From a virus: a stretch of 64,000 bases of DNA. Each line of letters begins with the position of its first letter. The stretch's first letter is position 1. The position numbers and the translations under genes were made by a program. The DNA is taken from positions 1 through 64,000 of IMG/VR virus record IMGVR_UViG_3300020473_000024. One strand, given 5' to 3'. The notes below the pieces were generated by a model that saw only the letters and a list, made by a program, of their open reading frames with translations, searched no databases and was not told where the DNA came from. Positions 56,801 to 64,000 of the stretch are shown in pieces.

Positions 56801-57391
56801 CTAAACTATCCACATCAACCTAGAGGTAAGCCCCATGTTATTCTGGTCAAATTCAAACCAGCTGTAGGCAACACTGTTTGCTGTCGGCTCTAAACTTATA
56901 TCACCACTTTCGTCAATAACCCCTTTAGGGCAACTGACTCTGAACCCGAACTGATACATGGACTTAAGATCCCACTCTTTAGAGTCAAATTTACTAGCCC
57001 TTCCATTACTCTCTATTGTGGTCATCCTATTAAACATAAGTAGATTTGAGCACAAGCTAAGGGCTTTGTCCACAAACTCTTTCGTTAGCTTAAAAGGTGG
57101 GTTAAAGATAATGCACTCAACATCCTCTGGTATATCTTCCAATTCCAGAAAATTCGTCACCTTATCCAGCTTACCTGTATAATCTACCAAATCATACCTG
57201 TACACTTTCTTCCCTTTACTCTCTAAGAAATCGGAGATAGCTCCCAGACCATCACAAGGGTCTAGAAAGACATCAAACTGGTCTATAACTGATCGGTATT
57301 GTTCGTAGAAGGATTCTAAAGCAACAGGAGGGGTGATATAAAGATCGTCCCCTCCTTTGCTCACATCCCTCTTTGTGTTAGGGCTTGCCAT
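56801..57391 (-). CDS. amino-DNA methyltransferase
   Basis: D.Y.TP, LDPCDG.GAI, NPPF. Confidence 0.8.
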   Translation of the reverse strand: MASPNTKRDVSKGGDDLYITPPVALESFYEQYRSVIDQFDVFLDPCDGLGAISDFLESKGKKVYRYDLVDYTGKLDKVTNFLELEDIPEDVECIIFNPPFKLTKEFVDKALSLCSNLLMFNRMTTIESNGRASKFDSKEWDLKSMYQFGFRVSCPKGVIDESGDISLEPTANSVAYSWFEFDQNNMGLTSRLMWIV

Positions 57392-57804
57392 TAGTGGAGC
57401 TGACCTCCTCCATTACCGTTAGGCGTGATGGCTTGCTCCAACTCTGCCAGAAGGTCATCAATAGGCGACTTAATAGCCTCCACTTGAGCGTTAGCTTCAG
57501 ATGTTAAATCAATAGCGTAGTCAAGCTTCTTCGCAGGATCAGTAAGATCTAGCGCGAGTGTGCAGTTAATTACAACAACACCCTCCTCCACATCTTCTTC
57601 AATAACATCGAAAATGAAGTGAATACCCCGAAAGTAAGGCAAGCTCTCACTTTGTTGAAGAGTGTCTTTAGCTACGCTTTCAACCACCTCGGTGAGTTCA
57701 GAGAAGCTCACAGGGCGCTGTGACTCAGTGCGGTTGGAGTTGATTACTTCAACAGCCTTCTGGACTGAACGGCGATCATATACTACTAAAAATTTCTTAA
57801 ACAT
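57391..57804 (-). CDS. hypothetical protein
   Basis: AAGGAG RBS. Confidence 0.6.
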   Translation of the reverse strand: MFKKFLVVYDRRSVQKAVEVINSNRTESQRPVSFSELTEVVESVAKDTLQQSESLPYFRGIHFIFDVIEEDVEEGVVVINCTLALDLTDPAKKLDYAIDLTSEANAQVEAIKSPIDDLLAELEQAITPNGNGGGQLH

Positions 57805-57813
57805 AATATCTCC

Positions 57814-58758
57814 TTAAAATTCTACGTTATATTTACCTACTTGGATAATATTCGGGATATCCAATAAATCCCACATGCGAACAACCTGAGGTCGATCATC
57901 AAACAAAGCAATAACATTATACTTGCCACGAACTTGGTTGTCAAATAATTCATACTTAATAATGTCATCTTTTCGACTGTCTTTGGGAGATCGTTGGTAA
58001 AGATCCCATTTAATACCCAGCCGAGCTAAATCGTCTGTGATAATGTTGTCCTCAATCCACTGTGCAGAGGAATCGTAGCAGACTCCATCCCTGCCAGAAA
58101 AGAATGTAATATGTCCCGTCTTAAGTGCTAGAGCACTCACCATATCGATGACCTCTTGGCGGGGCTTATCTAAATGAACTTTATCCCAATCAAAAGGTTT
58201 CCGAACACCAGTCATATCCGCAACAGTGCCATCTAAGTCCACGATGATAGTATCCTCTAGGAATAGACAATCTTCGTAGGGCTTGATTTTATTTCCACCA
58301 ATAGTACCAAATTGTTGCATAAAACGCTTGTATTGACTCCAAAGAAGACTTTCTGGTAAACCGCCCTCACGCTGTGCATTCCGTTTGACAAGTGTTTCCC
58401 AGCTTTCTTGGAAATATTTATACTCCACTTCATAGCCGTTCTCTTCAGCCCAACTCTCCCATTTACCTCGGATGGCTGGGCTGAGGTTCGTGTCAGAAAT
58501 AATAATGTTATGCTGTAGTACAGAGGCATCAAAAGCCTTTTGATCGACCACTTTTGTAACACGTTTTTCATTACTATTGTTGAACTTGTACTTTGTCCAA
58601 TCCCGAACACCATTGTTAAACAAAGCAAAGCGAATATCATCACGGTTGAGATTGACCCACTTAGGGTCTCCTTGCAGGGCTTGTTCTAAGATATACTCTT
58701 CAGCCCATTTTGTCTTACCAGAGCTGGACGCTCCTACAGTCATAATTAATTTAAGCAT
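57814..58758 (-). CDS. pseT: polynucleotide 5'-kinase / 3'-phosphatase
   Basis: GASSSGKT, NRDDIR, SDTNL; DLDGT, SGR, FDDR. Confidence 0.92.
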   Translation of the reverse strand: MLKLIMTVGASSSGKTKWAEEYILEQALQGDPKWVNLNRDDIRFALFNNGVRDWTKYKFNNSNEKRVTKVVDQKAFDASVLQHNIIISDTNLSPAIRGKWESWAEENGYEVEYKYFQESWETLVKRNAQREGGLPESLLWSQYKRFMQQFGTIGGNKIKPYEDCLFLEDTIIVDLDGTVADMTGVRKPFDWDKVHLDKPRQEVIDMVSALALKTGHITFFSGRDGVCYDSSAQWIEDNIITDDLARLGIKWDLYQRSPKDSRKDDIIKYELFDNQVRGKYNVIALFDDRPQVVRMWDLLDIPNIIQVGKYNVEF

Positions 58759-60053
58759 TAACTAGAATCCTCCATATCAACGTTGTTTTCTCTATAAATG
58801 CCCTCCAAAATTTTAAAAGGGATAGACTTATTCTTATAGAACTTCGGCACTAACGTCTCTCCATCTACACGAATCACAACACCCTCGCTAATGTGGGATG
58901 GGTCTCGATAGTCCTCACAAAGGTTATCTTCACGCTCTGTTAATACGTCTACCACATTCATTAAACTGTCAGAGTCTCCTCGGTAAACAAAAGGCTCTAC
59001 TAGATCAAGAGTAGATTCAATACCACGGTCTTCACACCAACGTTTGAATTGACTTTGTGTTAAATCAATTTCTGTGCCATCGATGGACGTGATTGTCACA
59101 CGATAAGCATAAAACTTATACTCATCTGGGAGGCAGTTATAAGTGTAAGTAATCTCTTTACCATACTTCTTAGTGAACTGCTTATCCTTTAGTTTAGTTA
59201 CGTCATGCGTACCCATAATAGGTTTACCATTAGCAAAGCCTACAATCTCTCCATACACAGTAACACCTCGGTTAAGGAAGGGTTTTAGTTGCTCTAAAAT
59301 CTCAAAGCGGAAGCCTTCATTACCGTGAAATCCTTCTTTATCTTTTTGAGAATTTTTAAGAACAACCCTGCGTGTCCCTGCTACATAATCCCACTCCTGA
59401 GTCTCGAAAATAGGAACAACCTTATTTACAAGACGTTTCCACCAAGGTAATTCTTTCTCAACTAAGGTGTGGCTATAACGAGCCGATGTTCCATGACCTT
59501 TTGCTTGAATACTAATAATAGAGCCAGCTGGAATGCGATCAACATGATACTTGAATTGATCAGTATCAACGTGTTGATGAAATAAAGGTGTTTCTTGCTT
59601 CTTACGCGCTTTTGTCCTTTGATTTGCTTGGGCTTTTTTAGTGCGAGGGTTGATATACTTCTGAGCAATAGGCACTCCATTTAGTTCTTCAAACATCATG
59701 CCTAACTCTAACTTACTGATATCATACCCTGTAAAATGGAAGGACTCTAACCCAGCAAAGTAACCACACGACTTAACACCTAAGAAAGGTTGTGCGCGTA
59801 CCCTGCGGTTATCTTCAAAGAATCCCTTAGCCTTTGGGTTTTTGTTGTTTTCACTGTTACGATACAGCCCATTATCACTAACATAATCGTGAGATAGTTG
59901 AGTCTCAGCTGGGAAGTACACACCTAAGTCTCCCTCTTTAGCTGTCTTGGATACGATAACAGGCTCACCAAGTACATAAGCTACTTGGATGTTATCTGCT
60001 TTTTCAATCTGTTCTGTTTTTGCAATCTTAGCAATAATACCACAGTAGTTCAT
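58758..60053 (-). CDS. RNA ligase (Rnl2/DRB0094-like) with N-terminal OB domain
   Basis: I.KAD.I.V, K.HGTS, YGEIVG, EGVVIR, K.KS..F. Confidence 0.85.
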   Translation of the reverse strand: MNYCGIIAKIAKTEQIEKADNIQVAYVLGEPVIVSKTAKEGDLGVYFPAETQLSHDYVSDNGLYRNSENNKNPKAKGFFEDNRRVRAQPFLGVKSCGYFAGLESFHFTGYDISKLELGMMFEELNGVPIAQKYINPRTKKAQANQRTKARKKQETPLFHQHVDTDQFKYHVDRIPAGSIISIQAKGHGTSARYSHTLVEKELPWWKRLVNKVVPIFETQEWDYVAGTRRVVLKNSQKDKEGFHGNEGFRFEILEQLKPFLNRGVTVYGEIVGFANGKPIMGTHDVTKLKDKQFTKKYGKEITYTYNCLPDEYKFYAYRVTITSIDGTEIDLTQSQFKRWCEDRGIESTLDLVEPFVYRGDSDSLMNVVDVLTEREDNLCEDYRDPSHISEGVVIRVDGETLVPKFYKNKSIPFKILEGIYRENNVDMEDSS

Positions 60054-60072
60054 TAAAATACCTCCTAAATTT

Positions 60073-60127
60073 AGACAATAAAAAGCCATGTACCCAAAAG
60101 GATACACGGCTTAACTAGGATTGTCAA
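60073..60127 (-). promoter_or_regulatory. composite promoter/terminator
   Basis: TTGACA-17-TATCCT inside hairpin AGCCGTGTATCC-TTTT-GGGTACATGGCTTTTT. Confidence 0.65.
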
Positions 60128-60729
60128 CTATTATTTTCTTTTAATTCCTCAGAATCAGATTCTTCTAAGGAGTTCAGCTTATTACGCTTCTCAAGCCTTT
60201 CAACGATTTCCTCAGCGTCCATCCACATATCATGTCCATCTAACACTTTGTCAATCTCTTCTAGTGTTAAAAAGTTATGGTAGTAGTCAAGGTAGCATTT
60301 ACGTAAGTGTTTACGAGAGAAGTCTACTTGTTTATTTAGTTTAGCGCTACTATCTAAGACTCCATAAGTGCTCTCATGTATCATAAGAGAGCTATTAGGG
60401 GCTATAACATGCTGATCTGCCTGTAAGAATAAAGCCCCTGCCGCAGAATAAGCATTACCTTCTAAATATCCTACTGTGGTTGCCTCTGTACCCCGTATGT
60501 TATTAATTAATTGGATAAGAGTATCTAAACGACCTCCTCCAGAGTTGATGTGCATCTTAATAACATCGTTAGGGGTGGCATTTCGATAAATAGTGAAGTC
60601 TTCTCTGTATTCAGAAGGACTTCCTATATCCCCGTCATACTCAACACTGTAAAGGAAAGCATAAGGCGTTTTATTGATTCTTTTAGCCTCTTGTACGCCT
60701 AAGGATAAAATATCCTCCAATTCTTCCAT
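60124..60729 (-). CDS. clpP: ClpP-like protease
   Basis: INSGGG, AYSAA, LMIH, D.W..AEE. Confidence 0.85.
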   Translation of the reverse strand: MEELEDILSLGVQEAKRINKTPYAFLYSVEYDGDIGSPSEYREDFTIYRNATPNDVIKMHINSGGGRLDTLIQLINNIRGTEATTVGYLEGNAYSAAGALFLQADQHVIAPNSSLMIHESTYGVLDSSAKLNKQVDFSRKHLRKCYLDYYHNFLTLEEIDKVLDGHDMWMDAEEIVERLEKRNKLNSLEESDSEELKENNS

Positions 60730-61487
60730 CAGTCCTCCATATAAATATCTGTTATAAACTTAGATAAATCACTACGCATGTTATGACTACTATCCATTTC
60801 AATATAACCCACTGTGTCTCTATATTTACTGAACCTCACACCGTGGTCTTCGTAAGTCACCCTATGCACTAAGTCAGCAAGACCATCTTTTCTGTGTGAT
60901 ACTGAGTACCTTTGTCGAGAATCACCAACAACAACAACCTTACTACCAACACCAGCCCTTTCCATACATAGCTTGAGAGTTTGAGGAGACATTGTTTGTG
61001 CCTCTTCGATTATAATAAGTGTGTCATCTATCGTGCTACCTAAGAGGTAGTTCGGGACGTCTATTACTATGTTAAAGTTAGACATATCATTTTCCAACTT
61101 GTTTGCTGGCATAAACTGAAGGAACAGTTTTTTCATACTTTCAATATGAGCTGTAAGTTTATCTTTTTTATCCCCTGACAAGAACCCAATCTTATCGTCC
61201 CCAGCTTCGGTAGGGTTCTTAATAAGCATCACCTTTCTATAAACCCCTTCCTTATAATCACACAGGGCTTTATAGATAACCGTACTACTTTTACCACAAC
61301 CACTAGGGGCATTAACTATAACAAGCTCTTTATCATTGATAGCTTCCACAATATCTTGTTGCCGACCTTCAGGGCAATACCAAGATAAATCCCAACCTGT
61401 GTTCTTACTTAAGTCTCTCAACTGACCCTCTGCCTCTTTTCTCTTTTGAGTTCTTTTCCTATTTCTACCACCGCTAGGTTTACCCAT
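60729..61487 (-). CDS. phoH: PhoH-like ATPase
   Basis: APSGCGKS, IGFL.G, EEAQ, GD..Q, RS. Confidence 0.88.
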   Translation of the reverse strand: MGKPSGGRNRKRTQKRKEAEGQLRDLSKNTGWDLSWYCPEGRQQDIVEAINDKELVIVNAPSGCGKSSTVIYKALCDYKEGVYRKVMLIKNPTEAGDDKIGFLSGDKKDKLTAHIESMKKLFLQFMPANKLENDMSNFNIVIDVPNYLLGSTIDDTLIIIEEAQTMSPQTLKLCMERAGVGSKVVVVGDSRQRYSVSHRKDGLADLVHRVTYEDHGVRFSKYRDTVGYIEMDSSHNMRSDLSKFITDIYMED

Positions 61488-61494
61488 AAGTCTC

Positions 61495-62070
61495 CTAAAT
61501 ATCTAAGAAAGTAGTGCGTTTACGCAACCAACCATATAAGAAGTGTTCATTTTTCTGATTATCTTCTACCAGACTTAAATAATACTCACCCTGTACAGAG
61601 TTTAACAGGTTAAATAAGATCTTCTCTCCTTCTTGGCTACCTCTTGATTCCAAGAAGTAAGTAAGGGATGCTTTTGTTCGACTCCCCATAACACCATCTA
61701 CAACAATATCGGGATAGTCTCTCTCCTGTCTGTTAAGACCATTTAAACACCTTTGGAGCATCTTAACAGCTGTAGGTGTCCCACAGTTAACCCCAGTATC
61801 AAATACTTCTTTAGTAATAAGTCGAGAGTGAGGGAGGAGTAGGTCGAGATTAGGTTTATAAAAATAAACAGATACATAAATATCTCTAGCTGTAGATAAA
61901 GGCAAATCTTTCATACGCCCTGTGTAACCATACTGCCTTGCGGTTCTTTCGGTTATACCATACTTCGTAGCCCCTCCTGAATCTAAGGGGTCATTAGAAT
62001 ACAAGCCCTCTTTGTCGATAGTTTCATTTACGAAAAGTTGGACAAACTTAGGGGAACTTTTATAAGACAT
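61495..62070 (-). CDS. endolysin, glycoside hydrolase family 108 with PG-binding domain
   Basis: EG.YSNDP.DSGGATKYGIT, FDTGVN.G, DG.MG..T, F.YGW; ATG 62070 after AGGAG. Confidence 0.9.
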   Translation of the reverse strand: MSYKSSPKFVQLFVNETIDKEGLYSNDPLDSGGATKYGITERTARQYGYTGRMKDLPLSTARDIYVSVYFYKPNLDLLLPHSRLITKEVFDTGVNCGTPTAVKMLQRCLNGLNRQERDYPDIVVDGVMGSRTKASLTYFLESRGSQEGEKILFNLLNSVQGEYYLSLVEDNQKNEHFLYGWLRKRTTFLDI

Positions 62071-62116
62071 ATCTTCTCCTGTGAGGTGGATTATACCAGT
62101 ATAAGTATAAGAAGAG

Positions 62117-62193
62117 TGGTGGGTCGAGAGGGATTTGAACCCCCGATCCACTCGTTAAAAGCGAGTTGCCTTACCAGACTTGGCTATCGACCC
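62117..62193 (-). tRNA. tRNA-Lys(TTT)
   Basis: Cloverleaf, ACTCG-CTTTTAA-CGAGT, GTTCAAATC, CCA. Confidence 0.92.
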
Positions 62194-62198
62194 TGATT

Positions 62199-62273
62199 TG
62201 GAGCTTGCTGGGGGTTACGATCCCCCGACCTCTGCTTGGAAGGCAGATATTTTACCAATTAAACTAAGCAAGC
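62199..62273 (-). tRNA. tRNA-Gly(TCC)
   Basis: TCTGC-CTTCCAA-GCAGA, U73, CCA; atypical T loop ATCGTAA. Confidence 0.85.
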
Positions 62274-62278
62274 CAATG

Positions 62279-62355
62279 TGGTGCGCCAAGGCGGTTATGA
62301 TCCGCTCCTACTCCTAGTTATGAGCTAGTTGCTTTCCCGATTAAGCTATTGGCGC
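62279..62355 (-). tRNA. tRNA-Met/Ile2(CAT)
   Basis: CTAG-CTCATAA-CTAG, CCA; atypical T loop ATCATAA. Confidence 0.8.
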
Positions 62356-62360
62356 GAAAA

Positions 62361-62436
62361 TGGTAGTGGTGGCAGGAATCGAACCTGCGACACGTAGATT
62401 ATCGGTCTACTGTTCTACCAGCTGAACTACACCACT
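62361..62436 (-). tRNA. tRNA-Ile(GAT)
   Basis: GTAGA-CCGATAA-TCTAC, GTTCGATTC, CCA; C at position 33. Confidence 0.88.
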
Positions 62437-62440
62437 GGAT

Positions 62441-62517
62441 TGGCTGAGGTGGAGGGATTCGAACCCCCGACCATCTGCTTAGAAGGCAGATGCTCTATCC
62501 AACTGAGCTACACCCCA
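62441..62517 (-). tRNA. tRNA-Arg(TCT)
   Basis: TCTGC-CTTCTAA-GCAGA, GTTCGAATC, GCCA. Confidence 0.92.
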
Positions 62518-63927
62518 TTAAACTAAAAATACTGGATCATACCGAGAATCTAGAACAGTTTCGTACATGATATCCAAAGGACTCACCACCTTAGAAGATA
62601 ACACTGATCTCATAATAGATGGGCTAAATCCACTTACTAAAGCTGTACCATTATCTTGCTTCTGGACAGGGTAGTTCTCTTGTCGAGAGCAGACATTCCA
62701 GAAAATTAAGTCAGGTCTTTTATAACCAGCTTTCTCAAACATCTTATCAATAGTGGCGAAGTTAGTCATCCCACCACAAGCACAATCAAATTCCATGTCA
62801 CTGATGATCATAATCTTATTAGGAAGTTCACTTTGGTCTAAACCATGCTTTACAGCCGATTCCAGTACAAGTTGAAATACAGCGATCAAGTTTGTATTGA
62901 AACCCCAATCCGAGTTGTATAGAGATCGAAGTTTACTATATAGCTTATCTCCTTTAACATTCTGTAAAGAAGGTCTTTCAGAGAAAGTAATAAACTTATT
63001 GTTAAACTTACCTTCGATACGTTCTGATAGATAAAGACCTAAGCTAACAGCAACATCCATAGCCGTTGTACTACCACTAACTTTGATGTGCATACTCCCA
63101 GAGGTGTCAACCACAGGAAGAATGCTAAAACTCTCTCCTTCAAAGTAATCTGGAAGGGCTTCCCACTGTTCGTTCGCGGCTGTTGTATTACCACCTTCTC
63201 GCATACTTTTAATAATATCGTAAGGATATACCGCCCCAGCGTTAATCTTAGCCTCACCTTTACTAAGCTTATCTAAGTAGCTTCTGTAACGATTCTCATC
63301 ATTACGTAAGAAAGATTTTTGATATCGAGCCGAAGCTACTGAAGGTACATGCTCATAGTTGATCTTGTCAAACTCTTTAGCACACATTTTTTGTTCCACA
63401 GTATCGCTCAAGCTAGACAGCATCTTACGGTACTCTTTTGAGCGAAGCCCCATGTGTTTACGTAGCAGTACAGCATAATCTCGTTTAGCTGACTTCTCAC
63501 GAGGACACCATTTAGCGGCTAGCGCACTACCTTCTTTAAGCTTTGAGGCATAAAAAGAAAGCATAGCCTCTTCTAAATCCGTACCAACAAACGTAAACAG
63601 ATTATCATAGCGAGTCAACTCAACAACCTTGTCAAAAAGTTCTGTAGTGTTAAGGTCTTCTGTCAACTCTGGTAGAAGTTTAACAAGGTCTTTAAAAATT
63701 TGTCTTTCACCAGCTCCTTGGCGCACATCACCAGCCCATAAAAGAATACGGGTGGCTAATCCTTTATCCTCATTCCAAGCTCGTACAAACTTGTGATCGA
63801 TATTCTTACCGCGAGAAGCCCCGATAGTAGCGAATAGATCTAAATTAGCGTCTAAGCTCGAAGAATTAGTGATAGCCCCGTTTTCAGTACGAGACATACC
63901 TGTTTGCATAGCATCAAATAATTCCAT
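62518..63927 (-). CDS. DUF2828 / TROVE-vWA (Ro60-like) protein
   Basis: TENGA, D.R.G.GER, AAKW.PR, VPS.A, MIDAS DTSGSM, SDMEFD, FWN, SGFS; start after AGGAGG. Confidence 0.85.
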   Translation of the reverse strand: MELFDAMQTGMSRTENGAITNSSSLDANLDLFATIGASRGKNIDHKFVRAWNEDKGLATRILLWAGDVRQGAGERQIFKDLVKLLPELTEDLNTTELFDKVVELTRYDNLFTFVGTDLEEAMLSFYASKLKEGSALAAKWCPREKSAKRDYAVLLRKHMGLRSKEYRKMLSSLSDTVEQKMCAKEFDKINYEHVPSVASARYQKSFLRNDENRYRSYLDKLSKGEAKINAGAVYPYDIIKSMREGGNTTAANEQWEALPDYFEGESFSILPVVDTSGSMHIKVSGSTTAMDVAVSLGLYLSERIEGKFNNKFITFSERPSLQNVKGDKLYSKLRSLYNSDWGFNTNLIAVFQLVLESAVKHGLDQSELPNKIMIISDMEFDCACGGMTNFATIDKMFEKAGYKRPDLIFWNVCSRQENYPVQKQDNGTALVSGFSPSIMRSVLSSKVVSPLDIMYETVLDSRYDPVFLV

Positions 63928-64000
63928 AAATCCTCCTAAATTCTGAATGTGTTTTGCTTCCATATCGCGGATTTGTTTTGCTGTATACATTCATCCAATT

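Noticed and set aside
62071-62151. N-terminal extension of the endolysin ORF
   Set aside because: Overlaps tRNA-Lys; ATG 62070 has the RBS
1209-63276. Many antisense or nested ORFs in the track (e.g. 1209-1493, 8777-9097, 32314-32757, 41900-42319, 58257-58643)
   Set aside because: Shadow frames of well-supported genes with no RBS or motifs
63928-63990. Upstream start of the TROVE-like gene
   Set aside because: AGGAGG precedes ATG 63927
1-64000. Alternative genetic code or prophage status
   Set aside because: Long genes read normally in the standard code; no integrase, repressor or host genes seen

Overview
A 64-kb segment of a virulent, AT-rich tailed phage, probably a myovirus of a Gammaproteobacterium (inferred from the baseplate and tail-fibre genes, spanins and sigma70-type promoters). 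Layout: (1) 1-6.9 kb, + strand: baseplate, tail spike/fibre and holin/spanin genes. (2) 7-34 kb, - strand: nucleotide metabolism (nrdAB, thyX, glutaredoxin, dNMP kinase), macrodomain, NADAR and HD hydrolases, exonucleases, SSB, a family-A DNA polymerase split by a group I intron (24354-25574) carrying a GIY-YIG homing endonuclease, a primase-helicase and many small genes. (3) 34.2-44.2 kb, + strand: an SF1 helicase and an early-type cassette. (4) About 44.2-45.3 kb, non-coding: a dif-like XerCD site, a parS-like palindrome, 22-bp direct repeats and other motif arrays. (5) 45.5-64 kb, - strand: two DNA methyltransferases, DNA ligase, a minimal SerRS-like enzyme with a MazG-like partner, an NAD+ reconstitution pair (PRS-like plus NAMPT-like) next to a SLOG protein, PNKP and RNA ligase, ClpP, PhoH, a GH108 endolysin, five tRNAs and a TROVE/vWA-like protein. 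The most unusual signals are the cluster of host chromosome-maintenance sites in a phage with no integrase or ParAB in this window, a GGQ-less release-factor domain, and the mini class II aaRS-like/MazG pair. All protein calls come from motif recognition by eye; no database search was run.
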